Shown: piece by piece, positions 16,765 to 24,283 of the stretch
Layout: each line of letters opens with the position of its first letter
Numbering within the stretch: the first letter of the stretch is position 1
Virus record (IMG/VR): IMGVR_UViG_3300025372_000044
Span: 1-24,283 of that record
Strand: one strand, 5' to 3'
DNA length: 24,283 nt
From: a virus
Lineage: Duplodnaviria > Caudoviricetes
The notes under the pieces: model-generated
Databases searched by the model: none
The model's input: only the letters and a program-made list of their open reading frames with translations
What the model was told of the DNA's origin: nothing
Position numbers and translations under genes: made by a program

Positions 16765-16989
16765 CTAGTTACTTGGGGCAGCCGGAGCGTCCGGTGCTGC
16801 TGGGGTTTGAGGTGTTGGTGTTACTGTTGCCGCTGCTTGATCTGCTGCTGCCCAGTTAGATGTCTGCTCCAAGAGTGAAGCTGCAACTGCGGCATCAGCA
16901 ACATCAAAAGTTGAATTGGCTGGAACTGCTAATCCCAGCGATGGGATGTAAAGATCGCCGAGTGGCGAAACGTTCTTGATCTTGGCCAT
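16765..16989 (-). CDS. Small virion-associated hypothetical protein
   Basis: 74 aa with AGGAG SD and Ala/Pro tail; lies between terminator and tube genes. Confidence 0.75.
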   Translation of the reverse strand: MAKIKNVSPLGDLYIPSLGLAVPANSTFDVADAAVAASLLEQTSNWAAADQAAATVTPTPQTPAAPDAPAAPSN

Positions 16990-16997
16990 GTTTTCTC

Positions 16998-17462
16998 CTA
17001 GGTTCTCGCTCTGTAAGCTACTGTGAAATCAATTTGAACTGCTGCACCTGCGTTGGCTTGGATATAGCGGATTCGGTGAGAATCTAGGCCTGAATACAGA
17101 ACTGCTCCACCGAAACTTGGGTCTGAACGAATGATGGTGTCAACCGCCGAAAGCATTGATTGAGCTTGCTGACGAACGGGAGCCAAGTGAGTATCACCAG
17201 ACTGAGCCACGAGCGTACAGTTGACCGTTCCGTCTTCGAACATTTTGTAATTACCGACTAGCTCCCAATTATTGCGGGAGTCGGAAACTTGGACATCGCC
17301 GTCTTCGTTGCCATCGTGTCCGACTGCGATCCAGTTGTTTGGGTAGGAATCGATATTGATGTCAGGTCCATCGTAGATTTGGATTCCTGACAATGACGAA
17401 GCCGACTTGAAGGCTGTGATCATCGCTTGGATGAGATTTTCGACCGCTGTCGTCGTTGCCAT
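16998..17462 (-). CDS. Tail terminator-like protein
   Basis: 154 aa; IYDGP, IRSDPSFGGAV; position between connector and tube. Confidence 0.7.
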   Translation of the reverse strand: MATTTAVENLIQAMITAFKSASSLSGIQIYDGPDINIDSYPNNWIAVGHDGNEDGDVQVSDSRNNWELVGNYKMFEDGTVNCTLVAQSGDTHLAPVRQQAQSMLSAVDTIIRSDPSFGGAVLYSGLDSHRIRYIQANAGAAVQIDFTVAYRART

Positions 17463-18311
17463 TTAGAGGATACCTGGCAGACTGATTGGGTCAAGCAACT
17501 CCATCACGCGACGAGGCATGGAGAAGGTCGAGGCTGGGTAGAAATCATCGCCGTTCTGATTGCGTGAAATCACGTTCATTGATCCGCGCTGGGTTTGCCA
17601 AAGGTGACGCACTAGCTCGAGGACGCCTTGCTTGGCTTGAGGGCGAGGATTGGTAAATCCAGCAACATAGGAAACGGTGATGTTCTTTGATCCTGGCGCC
17701 CAGATTCCGTAGAAGTTTGGCTCGTTAAGTGAGCCAGCAGTCACGCGGCTAAGTCGTTGTCCGGTGTAATCCAGAGCGTAATCGGCAGCGGTGAGAGTGA
17801 TTCCATTTTCGACAACGCTGAGGATTTGTAGAGCGCGAGGATTTTGGAGACGAAGGTCGGTTTGGTTTCCGTCGTAGACCTCATTGGTGAAAGTCTTGCG
17901 ACCAAGAACTGTGCCTGTGTAAGCCTCTGCCATATCAGTTGCGGCATCAATGAAGCGATACAACTCAGAGTCGTTGGTTGTGCTGGTCGATGGAATGTTG
18001 AGGTGATCCTTGACTTCATCGAATGAGACGATCGAGATGTCGTTAGGGTCGCGAACTGTAAAGTCATCAGAATAGGAGCTGGCGTTTGTGCCTGTGGCTA
18101 CCCAGAAGATTGTGTGGCGTCCTGATTGGGAAGGTGTGTAGTCGGCATCATAAAGGCCAGTCCCAGAGTGGTTGACGCTTGGTGTTGCAGTTGTGCCATC
18201 TGGCAAGGTAACGGTGAGGACGACCGCTGTTGCATCGGCTGGAGTGCCGGTGGCATCGGTGATGGTTACGCCGAGAGGAACTTGGCTTCCGAGGAAGTAT
18301 GTCGTCGCCAT
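17463..18311 (-). CDS. Head-tail connector (HK97 gp6/SPP1 gp15-like) with an extra N-terminal beta domain
   Basis: VSFDEVKDHLNI..NDSEL..FIDAAT..AE.YTG and VSYVAGF..P..AKQGVLELVRHLW, preceded by ~88 beta-rich residues. Confidence 0.85.
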   Translation of the reverse strand: MATTYFLGSQVPLGVTITDATGTPADATAVVLTVTLPDGTTATPSVNHSGTGLYDADYTPSQSGRHTIFWVATGTNASSYSDDFTVRDPNDISIVSFDEVKDHLNIPSTSTTNDSELYRFIDAATDMAEAYTGTVLGRKTFTNEVYDGNQTDLRLQNPRALQILSVVENGITLTAADYALDYTGQRLSRVTAGSLNEPNFYGIWAPGSKNITVSYVAGFTNPRPQAKQGVLELVRHLWQTQRGSMNVISRNQNGDDFYPASTFSMPRRVMELLDPISLPGIL

Positions 18312-18517
18312 TATCGACCTTTCATTGAAGGACCTGCAACTGGATGTTCTGCCATATTGCCACGATCGGAGATGTAGTCATAAGTCCAGGAAGATTGGTT
18401 GTATTTAATTCCTGGCTGGTTGTAGAAATAGTGAGCAACAATCGAAGCAATCGACTGGCGATAGATCATCTGCGGAAGCGTGACAATCCGGCGAAACATT
18501 GAACTAGCCGTTGTCAT
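18311..18517 (-). CDS. Hypothetical protein
   Basis: 68 aa, AAGGAG SD, fills the gap exactly; YNQ repeat. Confidence 0.7.
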   Translation of the reverse strand: MTTASSMFRRIVTLPQMIYRQSIASIVAHYFYNQPGIKYNQSSWTYDYISDRGNMAEHPVAGPSMKGR

Positions 18518-18518
18518 T

Positions 18519-19577
18519 TCAGCTCCTTAATTGATACCAGCCACCATCCCACAATGTTAGCAGTCGCTCGAAGTAGGCCTCGTACTGTGGCCCAATGACA
18601 TCGAGAGAATATCTTGACTTTGCGTGATCGCTAATTGCTTTTCTGTCTAGTGTTTTGACTTTTTCTGCGGCGTCGCAGAATTCTTGTAAAGTCCGGCAGC
18701 GATAACCAGTAACGCCGTTTGGATTGGTTTCGGTGAAAGCGCCCCAATCGGTTGTGATCGTCGGCGTTCCGCACGCTTGGGATTCGATAGCCACGTTTCC
18801 GAAAGGCTCGATGTAGAGAGTAGGAGCGAATGTTGCTACCGCCTTTCCCATCAATTCTGCCCGTTCTTCGGGTCCGACTGAGCCGATGAATTCGCCGTAG
18901 CCTTTGCCTTCACCTGGACCAGCAAGGATCAGCCGCTTGCCTAGTCGCTCGCAGACTTCTTGAGCGATTGCGTAACCTTTGCGGTCGATGATGCGGCCGA
19001 TGTAGAGGTAATAGTCGCCAGAGCCGTCGCCTAGCGGGAACCAGTCAGGCTCGAAGTAGCCAGGAATGACAACATCGTAGAACTTGCCATCGATCGCCGT
19101 CGGATTGTTGTAGGCGGCATAGATTGAGTGCATCCACGCGTAAGACTCGAACACGCGGTATTGACTGAAGACTCCCCCATAACCGACGCCGAATTCGACC
19201 GTCATGTGGGACGGGAAAACGTCAGCAACCGGCTTGTGTGAATAACCGCCGATAGCGCAGATAAAATCTTTAGGTTGTAGGCGCTTGCCTAATTCGGTGA
19301 TGATGTTCGCGTTGAAAATCTGCCAATGTGGGGAGTCTTGGTCCCAAGTGGTCGTGGTGTAGTGCTGATCGCCAACCGCTTCTTGTCTTTCGGCTTCGGT
19401 GATGCAGGTGACTAGCTCGGTGACTGGCGCTGTGGTTTCCTCGCCAGCATAGAGGATGACTTCGTGACCTAGGTTGGTCATCATGATGCAGAACCGGCGA
19501 ACCTTCTCGGTGAAAGCGCAGCCAGCGAACTCTGGCGTGACCTGCGTGTGTGGAAGTGCTAAGACGTGAAAGCGCAT
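18519..19577 (-). CDS. Glycosyltransferase, GT-B fold (GT4-like)
   Basis: YIGRIIDRKG and EPFGNVAIESQACGTP (E-x7-E). Confidence 0.9.
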   Translation of the reverse strand: MRFHVLALPHTQVTPEFAGCAFTEKVRRFCIMMTNLGHEVILYAGEETTAPVTELVTCITEAERQEAVGDQHYTTTTWDQDSPHWQIFNANIITELGKRLQPKDFICAIGGYSHKPVADVFPSHMTVEFGVGYGGVFSQYRVFESYAWMHSIYAAYNNPTAIDGKFYDVVIPGYFEPDWFPLGDGSGDYYLYIGRIIDRKGYAIAQEVCERLGKRLILAGPGEGKGYGEFIGSVGPEERAELMGKAVATFAPTLYIEPFGNVAIESQACGTPTITTDWGAFTETNPNGVTGYRCRTLQEFCDAAEKVKTLDRKAISDHAKSRYSLDVIGPQYEAYFERLLTLWDGGWYQLRS

Positions 19578-19585
19578 GAATCCCC

Positions 19586-20389
19586 CTAGATCATGTCGAC
19601 GAGCGAGCGTGTCCTACCTTGCGAGAGTTGAGTATAGACCTGCGTGGTTGCCACCGATGAATGGCGCATCAAGTCTCGGACTGCCAATAGATCGCCGTCG
19701 GACTTTTCAAGCATCGTCGTGGCAAAGTAGTGGCGCAAAGAGTGGAAGTGCTTGGCGTTAGGTCCGAGAACGCGGCGCATTTCGTCGGCTGCCTTCTTGG
19801 AGAACTTGTTAGGGTCGATCTTCCAGAGTGGTCCGAGCGTGTTGTAGCTCTGGATTGTCTCGGCGACCTTGGCTGAAACTGGGATGACCAGGTCGGTCTT
19901 GCCTTTGCCGATAACCCGCAAGGAATACCCGCCGTTATCTGTGATCAGATCAGCGCCTTCGATCTTGGCGACTTCGTGCGCTCGCAGACCTGCCATTCCA
20001 CCCAGGATGAACCAGTCGCGATAAGGCTTTGGCGATTCTGCCAGCAGCTTCTCGAATTCGGCCTTGGTGACGGGCTTGGGTACGCCGCGACCTGCTTTCA
20101 CCCTTGGCAAGTCCTCGGCTGGGTTGTTGCCGTTGACGAGGTTCATCTTGTTGAGGTGTTTATAGATCGAGCGCAACCTGGAGACATAGTTGGCTTTGGT
20201 CGATTGCTTGGTGGCTGATAGGACAACCTTCTCCAAGTCCTGAACTGTGGCCAGCGCCGGATGGACGCCTATGCGCCGGATGATCTGCCAATCGGTGCGG
20301 ATGACATAGGGGCTGAAGCCCGAGGTGTCGTAGCGGTTTTTCAGCTGACGGTATATCTCGTCAAGAGGTATCAGTTCCATGCTTGACAA
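19586..20389 (-). CDS. Tyrosine recombinase (XerC/D-like size; true start may be ATG 20380)
   Basis: Complete catalytic set: GLR (R), GKGK (K), HSLRH (H-x-x-R), MRHSS (H), TTQVY (Y); no N-terminal arm-binding extension. Confidence 0.93.
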   Translation of the reverse strand: MSSMELIPLDEIYRQLKNRYDTSGFSPYVIRTDWQIIRRIGVHPALATVQDLEKVVLSATKQSTKANYVSRLRSIYKHLNKMNLVNGNNPAEDLPRVKAGRGVPKPVTKAEFEKLLAESPKPYRDWFILGGMAGLRAHEVAKIEGADLITDNGGYSLRVIGKGKTDLVIPVSAKVAETIQSYNTLGPLWKIDPNKFSKKAADEMRRVLGPNAKHFHSLRHYFATTMLEKSDGDLLAVRDLMRHSSVATTQVYTQLSQGRTRSLVDMI

Positions 20390-20417
20390 GTTAGCACCTT
20401 TCGATCAGCTACGCCAA
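20381..20417 (-). promoter_or_regulatory. Putative leaderless promoter of the recombinase
   Basis: TTGGCG (20412-20417)-N18-TAACTT (20388-20393, TG-extended)-N7-ATG (20380). Confidence 0.5.
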
Positions 20418-20582
20418 ACTCTCTGTGGAGTTAGCCTGTGGGGCTGAGTTGGCTGCAAGTGTGCTAGATGCTTGAATTGCATCGTAGGTAGATTTGAGCA
20501 TGGATGTAAACGAGCCGTCATCATGCGTGATAATTACTGATTCTACGCCTGTTGGGTCTGTAATAGTCGTGATGTTGTCCAT
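20409..20582 (-). CDS. 57-aa fibre-tip partner protein, copy 2 (below ORF track cut-off)
   Basis: MDNITTITDPTGVESVIITHDDGSFTSMLKSTYDAIQASSTLAANSAPQANSTESLA; TAATG overlap with the upstream gene; paralogous to 21623..21784. Confidence 0.85.
   Translation of the reverse strand: MDNITTITDPTGVESVIITHDDGSFTSMLKSTYDAIQASSTLAANSAPQANSTESLA
20410..20436. other. Candidate recombination site A (imperfect 9-6-9 dyad)
   Basis: GCCAAACTC-TCTGTG-GAGTTAGCC, arms 7/9 complementary, just upstream of the recombinase. Confidence 0.4.
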
Positions 20583-21622
20583 TATAACTCCGCACTAAAG
20601 CCAAGATAGGAAGAAGAACCAGCCATAAATATGTTATACATCGTATTAGTTGAAAGACCAGATGTACAAGTGACAAACAATGACGGCGATATTGAGGAAC
20701 TTTGGTTGATACTTATTGAGGAAATACCATATCCAGAACCAGAAGAGTTGAGATATACCTGCAAACCGTAATAATCAAGGGCTTGCACAGTCGTTCTCAT
20801 TTGAACTGGTAAGCGAGTAGTCCAATAAAGCTGACTTGAACTATATGCCTGACCATAACCTAAGAACATGCTGGCGTTTTCAGTACCGCTTTGGCGATAG
20901 TAATACCGTTGGCAGAGGGCTAACTCTCCTTGGAATGTGCCACCTGCTCGTGATGCAAGTGTTGCTACTGAACCAATTTCAAGTTGGCAAGCAGATACAT
21001 CAAGATAATCAGCAGCGCCAGCAGTACCAGATGCAGGGCTATAAAGAAAAACTACGCACACACCAACTGCATTGCTTGGGACTGTTCCTGTAACCGTTAC
21101 CTTAGTGTAGGTCGTGTTGAGGTTTGAATTAGCGCTTGAAAGTGTTGTTGATGCGAAGTTAGTTCCCCAACCGCCATTGGCAAAATAAACGCCATCGGTG
21201 GATGTGTTTGCCTGTAACCCAACTGTCACGGATGAAGATGAGAAGTTAGAGCCAGCCCGAACATAGAATGAAAAGGTTACTGTCTGTCCGCGCAAAGGTT
21301 CAGCGTGAAGCGACTCAATGTTTTGACCAAACTGGATGATAGATGTGTCTGTATTACCAGCAGTCCGTTGTGCGCGTAAGCCATAGGAAAGGTTATTAGC
21401 GCCTGTGGTTTGTGACATTGTCATACCAGCCGCGCCACCAAAGCGAGTACCCCACCAATGGTCTGCTACATAAGCAGTTGCCGACTGAGATACTGTTCCG
21501 CTAGTTCCACGCTGCCAAATTTCGTGCAATCCGTTGACCAAAAAGTTCTTACCAGCCACGAACGGCGCTACTGCCCCACCCGTATTCTGCTCAACTGTTG
21601 AAGTTAATTGTGCGCGACTCAT
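20582..21622 (-). CDS. Stand-alone fibre-tip/receptor-binding protein (carbohydrate-binding-like), paralogue of the long fibre's C-terminus
   Basis: IWQRGTS, TFSFY.RAG.NFS, GTAGA.DY, QGEL..C.RYY, YGQAY and YLGFSAEL are shared with 21787..22780. Confidence 0.85.
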   Translation of the reverse strand: MSRAQLTSTVEQNTGGAVAPFVAGKNFLVNGLHEIWQRGTSGTVSQSATAYVADHWWGTRFGGAAGMTMSQTTGANNLSYGLRAQRTAGNTDTSIIQFGQNIESLHAEPLRGQTVTFSFYVRAGSNFSSSSVTVGLQANTSTDGVYFANGGWGTNFASTTLSSANSNLNTTYTKVTVTGTVPSNAVGVCVVFLYSPASGTAGAADYLDVSACQLEIGSVATLASRAGGTFQGELALCQRYYYRQSGTENASMFLGYGQAYSSSQLYWTTRLPVQMRTTVQALDYYGLQVYLNSSGSGYGISSISINQSSSISPSLFVTCTSGLSTNTMYNIFMAGSSSYLGFSAEL

Positions 21623-21810
21623 TTATGCACCTGCCTGTGGTGTTGAAGAGTTGGATGGGAGTGTGCTGGCTTCATAGTCAGCCTTTGGCATAGAGGTAAA
21701 TTCCCCATTGCCTCGATCAATGATGGCGAAAGTTTTTGTTGTGCCATCCATTTGAGTTACATCTAAAAAAGTTACATTTTCCATAATTACAACTCCGCAC
21801 TAAAGCCAAG
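20586..21810. repeat. Exact 20-bp direct repeat at the 3' ends of both fibre-tip genes
   Basis: AACTCCGCACTAAAGCCAAG at 20586-20605 and 21791-21810. Confidence 0.95.
21623..21784 (-). CDS. 53-aa fibre-tip partner protein, copy 1 (below ORF track cut-off)
   Basis: MENVTFLDVTQMDGTTKTFAIIDRGNGEFTSMPKADYEASTLPSNSSTPQAGA; GGAG SD; fills the gap exactly. Confidence 0.85.
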   Translation of the reverse strand: MENVTFLDVTQMDGTTKTFAIIDRGNGEFTSMPKADYEASTLPSNSSTPQAGA

Positions 21811-24283
21811 GTAACCAGCCGTATTGTTGTCGTTCATCAACTCTATTGGGTTGAGAGTGTTTGTTGCTCCGCTACCAATAGTCACAGTAAGGTCGGCAAG
21901 TTTTGTGGTTGATTCAATGTTTATGCTTACTGCGCTAATCGTTCCCAATGCTCCAATACCGTTTTGCTGGATGCGAAGGTTGGCGTAATCTATTGAGGTT
22001 GGGATAACGCGCTTGGTTGTCTTAAATTCAACATTGCAAACCACTTGGCTTGACGAGTTGTTGTAGTAAGCCTGTCCATATTTGCCGTATGCAACGCCCG
22101 GGGTTGATCTTTCATAATAACGCTCGCAGGCATTTAACTCCCCCTGAAGTGTGCTGCCGTTACGGCGTACTGGAAGGGCTACTGAGCCAAGATCAATCTG
22201 AACGCCAGTCACTTCAAAATAATCGTTAGCGCCAGCAGTACCAGTTGGAGCATACGAGAACACAGGAGCGAGTTGCTGAGAGGTTGTTGGAACTGTTCCT
22301 GTATATGTGAATCTCTGCCAAGTGGTTGTAAGGGTTGCGTTGTTATTGACAACAGAACCAGTAAAACCGCTATAAGGGCTTTGGTCTACTCCAGTTGAAT
22401 AACTGATAGCCGCGTTGAGGATATTGCTAGTTGCTGAGAAGTTAGCGCCAGCGCGAGCATAGAACGAGAAGGTAATCGTTTTTCCTGTGAATGGAATAGA
22501 GTTTACTGTTTCAAGGGCATTGGTCAGATAGAGAGTGCCAGTTGTGGATGAACCGCTATTGCGCTGAATACGCCCACAATACTGAACATTTGGAAGGTTA
22601 GTTGTATCGCCTGTGGATTGGCGTGAAACGGTAATCGCTCCGCTAAATTGGTAATTCTGCCAACGGTCAGCGTTGTAGCCTAAACCAGCCGTTGAAGAGT
22701 TAGCGCTACCTGAGGTGCCTCTTTGCCATATATCAAAACACGAATTTATGACTGGGTTGGCTAGGGTTGTTCCAGCCGACCACGATACGCCTGTGCTAGC
22801 AGAAGAGTTTGCCACGAGTGTTGAGCCGTCAGCTCCGACATTGAGTGCGGTTTCACTTCCGGATCCGGTTCCAACCAGGATGTCGCCCTTGGCTGTGAAT
22901 TGGGAGATAGGAATTGCGTTGGCTACTGCGAAGCTGTTAGGTGAAGCGACAACTGCGCTATCGCCAGCAACCAAGGCAGTCAATCCGGTGATCGATGTGC
23001 CAGTCGTTGCGGTGTAATCAGTTCCGCGCACCAAGCGAACGCCGTTGATGTAGACCTCTTCGGCTCCGACTGTATAGGTCAATGATGTTGAGAATCCGTC
23101 GGTTCCTGACAATGAGGTTTCGCCGCCGGTTGCTGTATAACGCCAAGTCTGTACGGAAACCGATCCGCTAGGTCCTGTCGCTCCAGTTGCACCTGTGGCT
23201 CCGACTGGGCCAGTTGCTCCAGTTGGACCTGTGGCTCCGGTTGCGCCGACTGCTCCGTTGCTTCCAGCTGCGCCAGTTCCACCAGTTCCACCGGTTCCAC
23301 CTGTCGCTCCGACTGGACCCGTTGGACCAGTTGGACCCGTTGCGCCAGTTGCGCCGACAGTTCCGTTTGAACCTGCTGCTCCGGATGCACCTGTGCCACC
23401 GGTTCCACCAGTTCCACCAGTTCCACCAGTTCCACCAGTTCCACCTGTGCCGCCGGTTGCTCCGGTTGGGCCTGTGGCTCCTGTGGGACCAGTTGCTCCG
23501 GTTGCTCCAGCTGCGCCGTTTGATCCGGCTGGACCTGTGGCTCCAGTTGCACCCGCTGGACCTGTGGCTCCGGTTGCGCCAGTTGCTCCGTTGGCTCCGT
23601 TAGAACCTGAAGCACCAGTCGCGCCAGTTGCGCCGATTAATCCTGCGACTGCGAAATTCCAGATTGATTGAGCGCCAGAGCCGCTTGTTGTATCAACATT
23701 CAAAACCAAAGTGGTTGAGTTGATCGAAGTGATAACACCTTCCATCCAGTTCGTTGGCGATACTGGGTAAATGGCGCGGATTCGTTGTCCGACGATGAAG
23801 GCACCTTGGTAGGAACCTGCCAAAGTAAATGTCTGTGATCCTGTGCCAATGGTGACACTTGTCAATGAAGCGACGCCAGAGTACCCGGTTCCAGTTGGAC
23901 CAGTTGCTCCCGTCGCACCCGTCGCACCTGTGGCTCCAGTTGCGCCAGCGGCTCCAGCTGCGCCAGAAGCACCAGCGGCACCAGAAGCACCTGCGGGACC
24001 TGTTGCACCAGTTGGACCAGTCGCTCCGGTTGCGCCATTGGCTCCGTTAGCGCCTGAAGCACCTGCGGGACCTGTGGCTCCGGTGACACCTGCTGGACCT
24101 GTCGCACCAGTCGCGCCCGTTGGTCCTGTCTGACCGATTGGACCTGTTGCACCCGTCTGACCGATCGGACCAGTTGCGCCAGTAGCACCGACTGAACCTG
24201 TAGCACCGACAGCACCGACAGCACCGTCAAGGTTGACTGTCCAAGATGTGAATGTGCCAGTTCCTAGCGTCTTGGTGACATTG
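21787..24283 (-). CDS. Collagen-like fibre protein with carbohydrate-binding-like tip, 5'-truncated by the window
   Basis: The frame stays open from 24282 through the track's TTG at 23865; two G-X-Y blocks alternate with globular domains; tip domain after [11 protein letters not shown]. Confidence 0.9.
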   Translation of the reverse strand, partial: NVTKTLGTGTFTSWTVNLDGAVGAVGATGSVGATGATGPIGQTGATGPIGQTGPTGATGATGPAGVTGATGPAGASGANGANGATGATGPTGATGPAGASGAAGASGAAGAAGATGATGATGATGATGPTGTGYSGVASLTSVTIGTGSQTFTLAGSYQGAFIVGQRIRAIYPVSPTNWMEGVITSINSTTLVLNVDTTSGSGAQSIWNFAVAGLIGATGATGASGSNGANGATGATGATGPAGATGATGPAGSNGAAGATGATGPTGATGPTGATGGTGGTGGTGGTGGTGGTGGTGASGAAGSNGTVGATGATGPTGPTGPVGATGGTGGTGGTGAAGSNGAVGATGATGPTGATGPVGATGATGATGPSGSVSVQTWRYTATGGETSLSGTDGFSTSLTYTVGAEEVYINGVRLVRGTDYTATTGTSITGLTALVAGDSAVVASPNSFAVANAIPISQFTAKGDILVGTGSGSETALNVGADGSTLVANSSASTGVSWSAGTTLANPVINSCFDIWQRGTSGSANSSTAGLGYNADRWQNYQFSGAITVSRQSTGDTTNLPNVQYCGRIQRNSGSSTTGTLYLTNALETVNSIPFTGKTITFSFYARAGANFSATSNILNAAISYSTGVDQSPYSGFTGSVVNNNATLTTTWQRFTYTGTVPTTSQQLAPVFSYAPTGTAGANDYFEVTGVQIDLGSVALPVRRNGSTLQGELNACERYYERSTPGVAYGKYGQAYYNNSSSQVVCNVEFKTTKRVIPTSIDYANLRIQQNGIGALGTISAVSINIESTTKLADLTVTIGSGATNTLNPIELMNDNNTAGYLGFSAEL
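22786..22813. other. Candidate recombination site B at the shaft/tip junction
   Basis: TACGCC-N13-GAGTTTGCC versus TACGCC-N12-GAGTTAGCC at site A, same orientation. Confidence 0.3.
23164..24225 (-). repeat. Gly-X-Y (GAT/GPT/GGT) coding repeats
   Basis: Blocks at about 23164-23643 and 23884-24225; exact 9-bp tandem GTTCCACCA (~4.9 copies) at 23402-23445. Confidence 0.95.

Noticed and set aside
20918-20926. GGCTAACTC, an inverted 9-bp copy of the site A arm
   Set aside because: It encodes the conserved ELA of the ELxxCQRYY motif and is not kept in the paralogue; probably chance.
20409-22813. Invertible shufflon, diversity-generating retroelement or classical integron
   Set aside because: All cassettes are co-oriented; there is no reverse transcriptase or adenine-specific TR/VR pair; no attC-like hairpins lie between genes and the recombinase shows no evident IntI insertion.
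23863-23865. TTG start proposed for the long fibre
   Set aside because: The frame is open and collagen-like up to the window edge, so the real start lies outside.
23079-24230. Alternative-frame ORFs over the collagen region (PV-, QL- and EQ-rich)
   Set aside because: By-products of the Gly-X-Y codon periodicity.

Overview
This is a 24.3-kb piece of a siphovirus-type tailed phage genome. The host is most likely actinobacterial, judging by the WhiB-family regulator, FmdB-like zinc ribbon and a candidate leaderless promoter. Every credible gene is on the minus strand. In transcription order (right to left): a collagen-like fibre truncated by the window edge; two paralogous [carbohydrate-binding-like fibre tip + ~55-aa partner] units; a tyrosine recombinase; a GT4 glycosyltransferase; the neck/tail module (connector, terminator, tail tube, frameshifted assembly chaperone, 517-aa tape measure, tail hub, S74-chaperone tail spike); a lysis cluster; an HNH fusion and a terminator; then an early/replication module (resolvase, WhiB, SLT-like enzyme, Cas4-like nuclease, SSB-like, primase-helicase) with a DnaA-box origin candidate. 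The best candidate for an undescribed system is the recombinase inside the structural operon. It sits next to a compositionally foreign receptor-binding cassette bounded by two related sequence motifs, which suggests recombinase-mediated exchange of fibre tips. The second candidate is a 66-nt tRNA-mimic whose central arm is complementary to the downstream ribosome-binding site. All product calls come from motif recognition by eye; no searches were run.
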